From positions 434,001 to 498,000 of the forward strand of contig CDLV01000005.1 in assembly GCA_001244265.2 (NCBI GenBank): a stretch of DNA of 64,000 bases. The letters run 5' to 3'. Below are positions 13,326 through 29,004 of this stretch, in pieces. The notes under the pieces were generated by a model, which saw nothing but the letters and a program-made list of their open reading frames with translations, was not told where the DNA came from and made no database searches. Within the stretch, counting starts at the first letter, position 1, and the number at the start of each line of letters is the position of its first letter. The position numbers were made by a program, and so were the translations under genes. The stretch is from Microbotryum violaceum (taxonomy: Eukaryota).

Positions 13326-16300
13326 TCATCGACCTCCCCTCCCTCGAGCACCCCATCCCGAACCCCTTTGTCCACCCCTGTACGAATCCTGCTCCCTATC
13401 CCTCGAAGAGGGATGGTGACTCCTCCCATCCCTTCCATCCATTCCAGCCCCTTCCAACAATGCCAATCGCGAAGGATGAATACCCCCCGTGTTCGAAAGT
13501 GGACCGGACCCCTGTCCCGTTGTTGAAGACGAAGAGGAAGCGGAAGCGGATGCATGCATCGGGCTTCTCCCATCTCTTATGGCGTGAGGTGAGTAGTTAC
13601 TTGGGTTGCTGTTCCCATTCCATTGAGGTGTCGTCGCTCCATAGGGTGACACCGATCCTAAAGGAGCCAAAGTCGTAGGTGACCAACCACCACCACTACC
13701 GTTCGTGCCTCTCGTCCCAGGTGGAAGGGGTGAGAATCCAGGTGGAGGAACAAAACCGGGTGGTGGTGGCGGAGGCGGGAAGGAAGTTGGAACTCTGGAA
13801 GGAACGTTCGGGGAGAAAGGCGCGGCGCTGACGGATGCGAGCGATTGGATCAAGGAGGGGTTCGACAGGAGTGAGCTCAGTGATGCGAGGGAGGCGGCGT
13901 CAAAGGCGGGAAGCACCGGCTCTGCTGCAGCGGAAGAAGAAGCGGGGGAAACGGTTGGAGCGGGTGCTGCTGTAGTCGAAGCGCTGACAGAAGGAGGAGG
14001 AGGCAGGGGTGAACGAGAGCTAGGGGCGGGAGACGCCGTCTTGGGGGCCGCCAAAGTCGGGACAGGAGGTTGTACCGTGGGCAAAGCGTTCTTCTGAATG
14101 ACCAAAACGGCCAACAAAAGATCCGTTTCTCGATTCTGCGGTATGTCGCACTCATCCAACACTTGTAAAAAGTCGGGCAAAGGCGTGTCCTTCCTCAACG
14201 GTACAATGTACAGATCCTTGACCAAGTTCTTGACCTCTTTGGGAGGCACAACCCCAACACGATCAATGCGGAGATGGAAATCAACGACGTGTTGATGCTT
14301 GACGAGGCACTTTTCCTTCGTAGGACGATGAGGCGACTCGGGCGTGGGTCCTTGAAGGTCCGGCATGACACCCAAAACGATCAACTCACGTTTCGAAGAA
14401 CCCCAGCAATCAAGCAAATACTTGAACGCCTGGTCCGTCGAAAGACGTCCTGCCGTGGTCCAGGGCTCTTGGGGCAGGATCTGAGCCCACGCTTTTCCAT
14501 CGATCCCGAGCGGTCTTCCTCCAACTTGGACCGCGTACGCAGGGAATCCACCTTCTTCAGGCACGAAAAAGTCGTTGTGCCACACCGCGGATGAGGATTC
14601 GACCATCTCGGCCACGGACGACGGCAGTGCCCGCCTTCGAGCCTTGCCCTTGGCCGTTGTACCAAAGAGTTCGTCTTCAAAGTCTTCGTCATCCGCATAG
14701 GTGGGCATACCTGGTTCGGCCGAGGGTGCATTCGCTGCAGGGGTGACGGTCGCCTTCAACTCATCCAGGACCGACATGACCGCATCGTCGGTTGCAGTCT
14801 GTTCGGGCATCTGTTTGACCTGTTCGGCATCAGGATTGGTGGATGCCTTGACCTTGTTCCAGATGCTGGCCATGTCGAAGCTCGAGCGCTGGCGTTGTCT
14901 TGCCGCTCGAGCGACTGGGAAGGGTGAGTTGTCCACGACGGGCGAGTCCGACGGTGGTCGGTCGAAGGGCGGTGAGCCGGGTGGACCGAAGCTGTCCCGG
15001 CGATCCGAGACGGGTGATGGAGCGACTTTGGCACCTTCGTCGGAGTTGGCCAACATGGATTCTGGTCGAGGTGGTGCTTTAGAGTCTTTTCCGGAGCGCG
15101 AAGGAGATCCGGGGTTGATGATCGGCGAAGTCTCGCGAACGATGGGAGATCGTGTCTGTGGGGGCGGTGATCCACTCCCATACCTCAAGGGTGACATGGT
15201 GCGTGCAGGTGGCGACATGCGACCTTCGATGGGAGAGATGGCCCTCGGACTTATTTGCGCTGTTCGACTCGGGACATTCTCAGACGTCGATGTCGACCCA
15301 GCTCGCTCATGTAGGACGAAAGCGTTCTCTTCCTCCTCAAGAAGTCGCTGACTCGTATCCGTCCCAATTTCTTCCTCACCCTTGTGCGTCCTCTTGGCCG
15401 TCGGAACCCCAATCACCTCCTTGACCGAATGCTTCAAACTCGCGGCTCTCACCGATTCAGCCATCTTCTTCAACTCAGGCCTCATCAGATCCTCATTCGT
15501 CATCGCCATGATCTGCATCGAGCTCAATTCGTTCGCCGCGATCCGTTCGCGAAAGTTCTCGTTGGTCTTGAGGTTGTAGTGCAACGAACGGAACTTGCTG
15601 CTGTATTTGGCTCGGGGACCGCGGACGTGGGCTTTGAGGTCGACTTCGGCGAACCCTTGGAACAAGTCGCCTTCGACGTCGGTCGCGAAGGAGATGGCGC
15701 GATCCTCGTTTGAATGGTATTCGGGAGGGACTTCGGTCGAAGCGGTGAAGATGGAGAGGAAGATGGTGTGTAGTTGCTTGACGACGTGGGCGCGGACTCG
15801 ATCAGTCGGGGGCGCGTCAGGAACTTGGATAGGGGCTTGCGCATCGACGAGAGTGGCGTCCTTGGTGTTGCTGCTGGGCCCGGCCGTTGCTGTCGTAGAG
15901 GTTTTTGGTTTGCTGTGCGAGGTTTTTCGAATAGCTGAGGCTGCGGTGGCGCGCTTGTGGCCGTCAATAGCCTCATCGTCGCCGACAATAAATTCTTCGT
16001 CGTCCTTGTCGACTCGACGACGAGGAGCGCGCTTCTTCGCAGTCTGTCACATACATGGGATACTGTCACCGTCAGCAGGCACTCTTACATATATATCAAG
16101 CCATTCGAATCTCACCTGTGTCGACGTCCCCTCCAGCTTTGGCTTCTTCCTCTCCCGACTCCCCGGAGCCTGCATCGCGTGTTCTTTCACCTTCATCCTC
16201 TTTCCAACGGACACGACATATTCCTCATCATCCTCATTCCCATCCTCGCACTCTTCCTCTTCTTGATCCTCGTCTTGCGATTCAAGGCCTTTCGATGGAT

Positions 16301-18109
16301 CGAGAGAAGGTCCAGTCTCACTGGTGCGGAACACGTCGTCGTTTTCCTCTTCCGAATCGGAGGCGGCCCCCGAGGCGCCGACACGATCTTGCAACCCCGC
16401 GGTCGAGTAACCTGCGCAAACGAGAGGGAACAAGGTGGTCGGGAGAGAGAGAGCGAAAGGGAAGAGCAGGTAGGATGGGGTATGAGATCAGTTCTCCATG
16501 GATCAACTGAAACGAAAAGAAAAAGGGAACCCTATAGCATTGTGTGCATGAGAACTACTACTGGACAGCCCCAACGCGGCCGAGTGTCTGGCCGGTGCGG
16601 CTTCGCACACGCGACGCTGCATCGGTCGCCCCTTCTCTTTGGCGATGTACATCACACACACCCCTCCAAGCCCCTCCATGAAGCCTCAACGTCCTTTAAA
16701 CGCATGACTGTGTATAGCACATGCCCCTTGCATCCACCATCGCTTCCTCGTTCTCGCTGCATCTCTCCCTCCCCCCCCGGGACTTGGGGACACCGGGGCC
16801 TCCGACACCTCAGGTGAGGTGCGCGGTGCGTCCCAGTCGAGAAGGTAGTGGACGAGAATGAGCAGGACTATCGATGCGTGAAAACTACAGTGATACTCGG
16901 GTCCGTCCTTTCCCCCAGCATCGTCTTGGCCATGTACATCTAGCCTGCAGTCAAGGCTGCGAACAGGATGTGGGGCCTCTCCAAGGGGGACCACGATTGG
17001 TTCTTGAATTTCCATGAGACGACCATAACGAGGGGGGCTTGAGCGACACGGCAACGTTTCATTGAAGCACCACTCAACACTAGAAAGAGCTGTCAGGTGC
17101 GACATCCACATGGGGGCAGGCGCAAGCCGACGGGCGTCCCAACAGCCGCTGATGAGACTGGTGGTAGGCACCGCGAGTTGAACCACACCACACGTATGGT
17201 AGATGATACCACCGCAAGCCCAGATAGAGAAGGCGGTACGACCGCGACCGAGGTCCGAGCTGTCCGAGTGAAAAGACGAGTTTCGCCGCACAACAGAAAG
17301 AAAAACGGTACTCACATGTCACACCTTTGCCCATGCCCGCACAAATGTCACAACAATAAGACTCAATCATAGCCGCCGTGTCATCGTCGATCCCGACGCA
17401 AGAGAAATGGAACCTGGGCATGACGTATCAGAGGGTAAGCGGACCGTTTAACAAAGAGGAACAACGAGCGAGGTGGGCGGTCGGTCGACAACGCACCAGT
17501 TGCTACAATGGTCGCATTGGATCATGGGCTGTTCACCCGCGAGTCCCAAGCAGATACAGTCTGTGTCGTGGCATCGCAAAAAGCCGAATGCCGAGCAACG
17601 AGTCAGCATTCGGAAGTAGGACAGGCGGGGATAGCACCCAGCCGTGGCTCGTGCGGAGACGTACAGAGGGTGAAATCGGGTTCTTTGCTATTGGACATGC
17701 CCATGTGATCGTCGTACGCATCGTCTTGATCATCGTCATCCTCGTTCTCGTTCTCGTTTGCGTCGGCGTCCATTCGGTGCGGTTCCTCGTCGTCACTTGC
17801 GGCATCGTCTTTGTGTTCCTCGTCGTCATCATCGCCATCGTCCGGGTGTCCCTTGTTGAGTGCGCGCTCGTCTTCCTCTGTTGCGGCTGTGTTTGTGCCC
17901 TTCCCTCTCCCCCTGGCGCTCTTCCTCGTCGCAGCCGCCGCGGAGGAGGACGAGGTCGCACTAGTCGCCGTGCGGGAGCGTGAGCCCGTCGAGGTCGGCA
18001 TCGACGCCGTAGCCTTGGAAGTCGACACAACAGAACCTGGCGTCAACGAGGTTTCTCCCGCTGCTGCCCTTGCTTTGGCGCTCGGTTGTCGTACGCGGCT
18101 TGAAGGCAT
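13326..18109 (-). CDS. BYE1: PHD finger + TFIIS-central + SPOC domain protein (Bye1/PHF3/DIDO-like)
   Basis: PHD motifs (WFHFSCVG, YCCDIC) at 17316-17580; TFIIS-M (YSSKFRSLHYNLK..N..FR, RTHKGEEEI) and SPOC-like region (AGRL...YL, KDLYIVPL) in ORF 13326..15665. Confidence 0.85.
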
Positions 18110-18412
18110 GGTCGCGCCAACAACGCCTGGGGTGATTGTTTGCGGGCGGGGTTGGCGACCACTTGCTGCGTGGTTGGTGGGTGGGCAGAGCGAAAAAGCA
18201 AGCCGAGGCAGCGCGAGCAAGCGCGTGATAAGCAAGCGAGCATCGGTTCTATCACGTCATTAGTAACCGTCAAAGGCTTGCTAACTGAATGCCGTACGAG
18301 GTGAACGGTGTAGGGGTTTTCAGGTTCAAGAATGGTAGGATCCTTTAGATAAAAGAGACAACCACAAAGAGTAGATGTTTGCAGCAACGCATTTCTACCA
18401 CTTCCGAGGGGA

Positions 18413-20327
18413 TCAAACACGCCGACGTTCCAACTCGGCGCTCCAGTCTCTCCCGATGCCCTTGACCGCTCGTTTCAACCTTCGAAAATGAAAAATGCGC
18501 GAGGATTAGAAATCAAAATCCCTCGCGAGAATGAGAGAAGTTTTAAACTCACTCGTAAAGCATGATATTTCCCCAAAGATAACTTCCGGGGATCGCGAGG
18601 GGGTGCAACAAATCGCGGAATAGCTGTTCCTGCCCCAACATCAACCGACCCGACTCGTCGAGCCGCAACCTCTCCCCTAGATTCAGATCGACGTCATGAG
18701 ATCCATGATGCGCATCCATGGCAGTTGTGACACCATTTTGAAGATCGAGAACAACTTTTCTCGCGAGGTTGTCGAGTGCGAAAACTCGCTGTGCAGCGCC
18801 CAACCCAAAGAAGGTCAATGAAGTAGTTTTGCCTTCTCTCTCGATCCCCATCGGGACCTACGTTATAAGGAGCGTAATTATGCCTCGGCGGATGATGCAA
18901 AGTCCTCCAAAGGATCGTCGGTCCATCAGCGGGCGTCCCATCAGGACCTTTGAAGGCCCTTGCTGCGAAGCGAATCGCTTTCCTCGCCTCCCTCTCCCAG
19001 ATGACTTCTCGCTCAGGTTGGAGGTTCTGATAAGGGATCGGCGAGTCTTCCGGGTATGGTCTTGTCTTCCACCCTGCAGCGACAAATTCCTCTGCTCGAA
19101 AGACGCCAGCGATAGTGTCAGCTTTCCGAGTCCGTTCGCTAAACGGGGGAGCACTACGCACCCTCGGTGTATTTTCGCAGATCCCAATACCCCGAGTTGA
19201 GCTCCACCAGATCCGGGTATCTGATTTGCGATCGGTTAAAGTGACGAGCGAGGTTGTCCAAAAGAGGTAGGGTGATGGCTTCCAAGCGTTCAGTCCACGT
19301 AGCTGGCAGTGAGAGTTCAGGGTACAGGTCAATTTCGTTCGTCTCGTCACGAAAGAAGCAACTCAAGATCAGCGATCTCACCAGGAGGATGATACCATCG
19401 TTCAGTCTCGAAGAACTCTTCGGCCCCTTCTAATCCCCATGTAAAGACATTGATGAGGGTGAAATTGTACTCCTGGACGTTGCACACCCAAGGATTGGTC
19501 AAGACGTGGCCTTCGGTCGGTCGCTTTTCCCATGTCGCTTCCTTCTCCTTTCGACGATTACGATCCTCTTCCGACACCCCAGGAGGGAAATTTTCCGATG
19601 ATCGATGAGGAGGTGGCGACGCGGGATGTTTGGGGTCGATTAAGGTCAGTTCGCCTTTCACGAGCTCGCAGAAATCTTTCAGGTGGAAGCGATCGATTGA
19701 ATCTCCGTGGATGAGAACCGTTCGATCGACGAGCCAAGGGAGCCAACGTCGGGATGCGCCTGGTCCGTCTCCGATTTCTTCTATTGCTGAAGCAGTTTTG
19801 GGAGTGACTGGTACGTTGTCGTCCGCGGATCGATAGAGATCCTTCATGTAGTTTGAAGGCGCGCAGGATCGATCATAAGGGGCCCACACATTCGCGGTGA
19901 CATCCTCCAGATTGACGATCACCCGACCTAGCTCTTCGAAAGGGTTGCAATTGAACTCGGACAACTGGTACTTCGGTCGCTTTTTGGAAGGTACGTGCGC
20001 AGGGTTGCGAAAGCCCGGTCTTAATCCGGAGGATGATGCAAGTTTTGTCGAGCCTCCGCCGAGCTGGGATGGGATTCGATTCGTCAGGCGTTCGAGCATC
20101 TTTGATCGATCTCTGGGGAGGTCCAGCAGGTCTTGCTCGCCTGTTATAGGATACAAGACGAGCCAATAGAAGACGACGCACGCGGAAGTGACGGCAAAGA
20201 CGCGAGAGAGGAAGCGGGCCGAGTTGCACATCCCCCAAGTCGAGCTCGGCAACGTTCGAAGGGGTTTTCGCCCGGACCCCACTTTGACGTATCCGTCCAT
20301 TGGCGCCATTCGAAAGGAGGTAGACAT
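18413..20327 (-). CDS. CAP64/CAS3-like type II membrane SGNH-fold protein (putative polysaccharide O-acetyl-modifying enzyme), catalytic motifs intact
   Basis: N-terminal TM segment, CNPF...W.PYD..C, VLIHGDSIDR..LKDFC, NSGYWDL, ILWRTLH and C-terminal DLLHP (GDS plus DxxH). Confidence 0.75.
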
Positions 20328-21159
20328 TGATGTGCCTGTTAAATGTGAATCAGAGGCGTATGGTAGTCGGGGTGAGAGGCCGACGCTGATCGCAGTGAGT
20401 GTCTGGTCCGAAGTGCTCGTGCACGTCGGCGAGATGTACTGGAGATTTGAACGAGGCCGAAATCCAAGGAGCCAACGACTCGAAGGTCAGCTGGTTGCAC
20501 CTTGATCCTGAGCGCCTTGATCCGTTCAGGTCCAACTTTCTGACTTTTGAATAGGACAGCAGTCGACGTATCAAAGTGAGGTAGGAGAGGACGGGAGGCA
20601 GAGAGCGTGGCGGGATCACAGTCAAAGTCAAAAAGTGGGGGTTACCCACGTTCGGAATCCGGTGTTGGCACGGGGCTCGGGCAGACTTTGGCAAGGTCGG
20701 TCTGGGCCTACAACCAGGCTCGAGCGCGATGGGGTAAATCGCATTCGCAACGAATGTACAAAACCATCACAAGCTAGGCGAATGCTTCTTGTCAAGTGGC
20801 CTTCACTTTTGGGGATTAGTAAACTCTAAGCCTAGTCGAAAAGTCGAGAGGTCCTCAAAGTACTCTTCAGCGGACCTGGTCATCCCCTAAATTCTATTAT
20901 AGTGAACATCTAGGATAGGGCAATAGTGTGAATGATGAAACAGCGCCTTTTTAAACAGCGGGTCATTGTAGCTTGGAAAAATATACTGGCCGCTGTACAC
21001 AAGACCCATAAATATCACTATCGACAGGCTGGACTTATCTCCGCGCGTGGGCCGGAGCGGAGCAGCGGCGCGGCCGACCCTACGTCTCGCAGCCAAGAAC
21101 ACTCTTCGCGCTTCCGACATCCACCAAAGCCCAGAAACTTATCGCACCGCAGCTTCAAC

Positions 21160-22589
21160 ATGACTCGCACAGTCAACGTCGGTGTTCTCGGTGCCACTGG
21201 AACGGTTGGGCAGAGGTCAGTCTGCCCCCATACCCAAAGCCAGATCCACTTTGATGAGCCTGGGACGAGTCTCTCGGCGTTGACTCACACGACTGACCTC
21301 CGCTTCTCGTACGGTGCATGCTTCGCTGTGTCGCTTCACCACGATTGCTCACAGGTTTATCGTCCTGCTCTCTTCCCACCCCTACTTCAAAATCCACGCC
21401 CTTGGGGCCTCTTCGCGCTCGGCGGGCCAAAAGTACCGCGAGGCAACGCGGTGGAAACAGCCGGTGCCTATCCCCGACTCGGTCAGCGACGTCGTTGTAC
21501 GCGAGTGCAAGGCCAGCGAGTTCGAGGGATGTGACATCGTCTTTTCCGGATTGGATTCCGATGTTGCGGGAGAGATTGGTACGTCTTGCTCGATCGATAC
21601 CCAGATCTCGGTCTTTCTCGGGAAAAGCCGCCGCCGAGAGAACAAAATTTGCTTCGAGACTGATCCTTCGCTTCTTCCCTCATGTCACAGAGAAAGCCTT
21701 CCGAGCAGCCGAACTAGCCGTCTTCTCCAACGCCGGCAATTACCGACGGGATCCTACCGTACCCTTATGTGTCCCTCTCGTGAATCCATCGCACCTCGAA
21801 ATTATTCCCCACCAACGCTCCTTGCAATCCCCTCCCCTCAAGAAAGGCTGCATCGTCACGAACGCCAACTGCTCCACGACCGGTCTCTCGATCCCCCTCC
21901 ACGCACTCGAAAAAGCGTTCGGCCCCCTCGAAACGGTCATGGTCACGACGATGCAAGCCATTTCCGGTGCGGGTTACCCCGGCGTTTCCTCTCTCGATAT
22001 CCTCGATAACGTCGTCCCCTTGATCGGTGGCGAAGAAGAGAAGATGGAATGGGAACTGTCCAAAATCCTGGGCGGTTACTCGTCCGAATGCAAGGCATTC
22101 GATCTGCACGCCCATTCGCCCATGAAAGTTTCGGCCATGTGCAACCGAGTCCCCGTATTGGACGGCCATCTCGAATGCGCTTCCGTCCGATTTGTCCAAC
22201 AACCCCCTCCCTCGATCGAAGAGATCAAAACAGCCCTTTCGTCTTTCACTTGTGAAGCCCAAACGCTCGGGTGTCCTTCAGCTCCCAAACAGGCTATTTA
22301 CGTGCACCAGGAACCGGATCGTCCTCAACCGAGGTTGGATCGATACTTCCAGAACGGATCGGGCGTCAACGTCGGTCGTATTCGCCCTTGCCCCGTCTTG
22401 GACGTCAAGTTTGTGGTGTTGGTGAACAATGTTAGCATTGGAGCGGCGACGAGTTCGATCATCAACGTGAGTGTATTGTTCGAGACCCGCTTTGCGGTCA
22501 CGTCGTATCGGAGCCGGAAGCTGACGGCCATTTTCATTACTGCTGCTAATTCACAGGCTGAATACGCCGTCGCAAAGAACATCATTTAA
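21160..22589 (+). CDS. HOM2: Aspartate-semialdehyde dehydrogenase
   Basis: VGVLGATGTVGQR, IVTNANCST, TTMQAISGAGYPGV, CNRVPVLDGH motifs across 4 exons. Confidence 0.95.
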
Positions 22590-22798
22590 TCTATATAGGT
22601 CGTTTATTCGTAATGCAATCCTAGACGGTCCACTCTTTGCTAGCGCCCTCCCCACATGGCGAGACAGATTGAGAAAACATGGGAAACTCGTGACGTGCAT
22701 TGCGATGCTTTTGGGTGATGATATAAAGGCCATACACTGGAGATTCGAGCATGAAGCGAGAGATGTTCTGAGTAGCTGAACAAAGCATCTTCTGCTGT

Positions 22799-23807
22799 TC
22801 AAGCCGCCGAAGCTTTCTTGGCTTGATCCTTGGCGAGTAATTTCCTTTTGAGCCCCACCCCGACACGAATCGATAACAGTCAGCTTGAGACCAGAAACAG
22901 GGCCAAGCTGCGGTACAAAGTTCCTGCGACTCACCTCCTCGCCTCCAAGACCATCCTCTCCTTCCTCTCCTTCAAGCTCTTCTCCCTCGCCTGCGCACTT
23001 GTCTCCCATACCGGAGGCGCAATCTTGACCTTCTCCGCCGATCCCCCCAAGAAGGTCGCCTCGTCTTCCTCCACCGCCTTTCCTTTGCCTTTGCCTTGAT
23101 CAAACATCGCTGAGGATGAAGTGGGGGGTTCGATTTTATCTTGGAGACGCAGCCTTTGGATTAGGGAAGGACTGGGGGTCGCGGAGGTCGAGGCTTGAGT
23201 CGAGGGGGTCGTCGGTGCAGGGGCCCGTGAGGCGGGTGGTGTCGGACGTTGAGGTGTCGTAGGTGGGTTCTCGGAGGAAAGATCGGCAAAGAAGCTTGCA
23301 GGTGGCTGCTCACGGGATCAGGCGAATGATAAGATCCATCAGCTTTGCTCAAATGTCCCCTTCTTCTCACTCTCCCCAAAAGCGACCGAACGTACCTCTG
23401 GCAATCTCCCTTGACTGAGACATCTCTCGACGGTCGCTTCGACGTTGTTCCTCGTTCGTTCGAGCTCGTACCTTATCGATGCTCGGGGGATGTTGGGGAA
23501 CATGTTGGCGACCGTGTCGATCGAGGCTGGGGGCACGACGTAGCGCCTCGGGGAGGAAGCATTCGACGAGCCGGAGGAGGAGCCTGGTGATGAGCGAGGA
23601 GAGCGTGAGTGACGGGGGTGCGTTCACACACGCCAGCTGTGGTCCGACTGACCAAAGAAGTAGCGGTAGGTGAAGTAGAGGAAAGAGAGCGCGACGAGCC
23701 AGCCGACGGCGTCATCCTGTTTCGGGGTTGATCCCAAGTCAGCCTAATCCTCGGGCGAGCATGCTCACCACAATCGAGCTCATGCGCATGGTTTATGAAC
23801 TGACCAT
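22799..23807 (-). CDS. Membrane-anchored CUE-domain protein (Cue1/Cue4-like)
   Basis: N-terminal TM (AVGWLVALSFLYFTYRYFF), CUE motif MFPNIPRASIRYEL..TR..VEATVE, C-terminal WE..AQARE.SLKERKE.MVLEARR. Confidence 0.8.
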
Positions 23808-24810
23808 GTTGAAGCGAGCTGGGAAGGGTACTTGTACCGGGACGAGCGCGAGGGCGAGAGCGAGAGCGGTGTAGAGCGCGCAATCAAGGTCGTGTGCATG
23901 GGTGGGGCCCGAGGCCCGAGCGGCCACTTAGTAGTGTACAACCCGACGTCTGCCAGGAAGCGATTGAGATAGATTAAGAAAGTCCGTCAGATGAAAGACT
24001 TTGGGAGGACACTCGTCAATCTCCGATTCAGAGATCGAAAGAAGCTTAGAAAGGTGTTGGAGGATTGTGTCCGTCGCTGCAGTGAGTGCTGATCGCTCAC
24101 TCGGAGGAGCGCTGACGGTCGTGTAAGGTTCGGCAGCCATTCAATAGGTCCAAGCTCAACTTCGGACCGACTTGGCTCAATTTTCACTTACCTGCTTTTG
24201 CACTGAGCATCCCTTTGTCACCCCTCCTCTATCTGTCTCTATTCAAGATCCACATTGTCTGCATGTCTGCCTTTATAAGCTCCGGATTCCGTCGAATATA
24301 TAGCAGCGATCCGTAGCTCTCTTCTTCTCATCCTTTCCTGGACGAATCTGGGGCATGTGTGTGAGTGTACAATTGACCGCACTTGCAATGCGCGGTGTAG
24401 CTCGGCGATTGAAGGGAAAGAACCGACGGATTCCTGCGTCGTCGTCAGGAGTCATTTCCCGAACTCGAGGAAATTGACCACGTACATGTACAACCTCCTT
24501 GGTTCACACGAGCATTTTCTTCTTCTAGGTTTTGAGCATAGATTTCTGGTCGGATATGCATTTCTGTGCGCCTCACTATCGGAATCCTGACAGCGATCAG
24601 CTCACCGATCCGGATTAGTAGTCCCTCTCGAACTGCCGATCAAGCTCGAAAAAGGTGTCGCGCGTTCGGCTCGTCGCCCTTTCGGCTTTCGCCCTCTCCG
24701 GCTCTCAGCAACCCCCTGTTCCCACACACCATCGATCGAGCTCATTTGCTCGCGTCCAGCGTTCTGATCCGGACCATACTCGACTGGCTATCTCTGGAAC
24801 GTCTACCCTC

Positions 24811-24864
24811 GTCATACGGCGTCATACGGCGTCATACGGCGTCATACGGCGTCATACGGCGTCA
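24811..24864. repeat. Tandem repeat (GTCATACGGC)x5.4
   Basis: Five perfect 10-bp units visible about 50 bp upstream of the Rab start codon. Confidence 0.95.
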
Positions 24865-24914
24865 CTTGCGAGCCGGACCTCGTGCGCGTGTGCATACATC
24901 CAACGCTCGTCGCC

Positions 24915-26627
<1,713 letters not shown>

Positions 26628-29004
26628 GGTTGATTGTTCGTTTCTTATGGATGGTTGGGTTCTCGGCATACAGGGAAGTTTTTCGGCAGTTCATATCTGG
26701 GTCTTTGTTCTTGTAGCTTTAGTCGTCGTCGGATGGCGCTTTCCTTAGTACATATTAGCGCAAGAGTAATCATTCTTATCGCGGACAATTTCTCCGGCAT
26801 TCATATATGGCGTTTAGGCTCGGCATACGCAGGGGTCGGAGTACTGACAGTTGCCAAACGTATAGAGGATGTACTTGAAAATCCCCGGTTGTAGTATGAT
26901 GACGGAAGATGAGGTCAAGCCCGATGGGAACCGATAAAGCGGTCCCTACTTGTTCATTTACGATTAGCGTGCGGACCTTTCCCCCTTGGAAGCGATAAGT
27001 TTCGATCGGCAACTGATTTTTGGTTACCAAACAAAACCGGGCGTTGCATGCTCCTTTTTTGATATGTGCATCGCATTGGCAGCTCATTCGTAAGTACGTC
27101 GTACAATCTCAATGAACTTTCGCAAACAAGTGACAGGAAACTGCGCCCTCGAAATCCATCGGCAAAGCTCGGCCGCCCAACGGCAAAACTTTATTCTTCA
27201 GGTCCCAAGAAAGGAAGCAGAGTGTGTAAGGAGCGAGGAACGAGATTCGCTGTTCCAGTTTGGGGTGCCTCGTGCGTCAACGTCAGATGCATCGACGTTT
27301 TGTTGGTATTTCAAATGGTCGAAAGGAAGCCTGCTGGGACCGGTGGGTACTTCAGAACAGGACAAAAGTGGATGATGATACGAGTCGACCTCGTTCGGGA
27401 TCGACAGGAGCAACTTGGAGCTTCCCGCTGAGTCCTCTGAGTCCTCGCATTTGAAATGGAGAGTGAAAGATGTCGTCGATGACGTCATGCCCCCGCCCGG
27501 AGTCTGCGGGGTTCTTTTGACCGGTGGGCTCAGGCGCACGGCAGGCTCGACCCAAGCGCGACGACTTCGGTCAAAACGTTAGAGGCGAAGTCTTGCTGGA
27601 GACTCAAGTCTCGCCTGCACTTTGAGTCTTGCGAATGGCCGGTTGGCCGCGGTGTCGCATGGGAAGGACCTCGCGTACCTTGGGAGATTACAGACGAGTA
27701 ATGTCTCGGATTCATTTTTTCTTCTACTCATGGACCAGGGTCATTAGGTTCGGGCGGGCCCAGACGCTAGATCTGTATTGCAATCTGTTATGCAGTGGCG
27801 GAATACATGAAAATCAAAGAGCGGGTAAAGGGCGGACTGCCACCTCCCTCACAAGAAGGTGCAGTTCGACGCAGCTCGGAAGGTCGAGCATGTAAAACGA
27901 GCACGTAAATGGATGCTTCATTTTCCTTCCCACCATCACCGAGTTCTGGAGTTCGTGGGGGGTAAAGCGAGCGGGAAGCGGGATGGTGAATCGTGATCTC
28001 CGATGGGAATCGTTCACCCCCACAGTTGCCGCCGATCTGCCACGTTCTCTCGTCGAACTGAAGCGAGATCGTGTGTGATGGCCTTCTCCTGCTGTAGTCG
28101 GTGAAGCGGGTGCTGAGGCGGTCAAGCAAAAGAGGAAGGGCATGACGCGAAAAAACGATCACGGTCTTCGATCTGGAAAAATCTGAGAGGGAAAGTCGTC
28201 CGGGTGTAAATGAGGAAAGTACTTTTTAGTAGTAGCAGTGAATTGGCGCCGCGCTGAAGGCGGACCGTCCAATCGGGCACCGCGCGAAATTGCAGTGGAT
28301 GCAGCGAGGGGCGGGACGGCGAGCCGTCGACTCATGGCTCTCGATTCAGCAAGAAGCTGCTCATTTCGAAGTGCAGCATCAACGGCATCGAGCATCATCA
28401 TCATCATCCTTATCGAGGTGCGCACTTGGTTCTGTTCTGCCCCTCTTCTTTTTCTTGCTACCCAGACCTCCTCTCCTCCTAGAGGCCCGTCGAACGCTCT
28501 TCGACTCCTCTTAACCCCCAGTTGCCTCCGACCTGCAGTGGCAGTCCGAAACGCTGCGGAATTCATCCGATCGTAGCAGAGTCGGCGCTTGGTCCGATCG
28601 AGACGGATTTCGACTCGCTTTGCCCAGCTTTTCCCTGCTTTGCCCTGTCGACGGCGCGCGCGTGCTTGAGACTTTGAGCTACTTCGAGCTCGTGCTCTTA
28701 TCCCCGCCTCGGTTTCAAAAGATTGGCCTATCTGTCCCTTTCGCTCCACCTTCCGGCATTGCCTACGACACCCCTTCGTTGAGGTGTGCGTCTTTCTCGA
28801 GTGGCCTTAGTCGTAGACTGAGGTCATAGGTACCTAGTCGAGCCCTTCGTCCTCCCGCACGACCGCTTGCGGTAACTGCTACCTCGGTCAATTCAGCGTT
28901 GAAAGCGCCAACAATCGATCATCGAACAACCGCGCCTCCCCCGCGACCTCGGACTCCCGACTCGACCCGGACTCGACCCCGACCTGGGACGTTTGCGATT
29001 GACC

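Noticed and set aside
23928..24460. Short minus-strand ORFs between the CUE and Rab genes
   Set aside because: Could not splice them into a stop-free, recognisable protein.
26700..28990. Multiple 60-200 aa ORFs
   Set aside because: Expected by chance in GC-rich DNA; no motifs.
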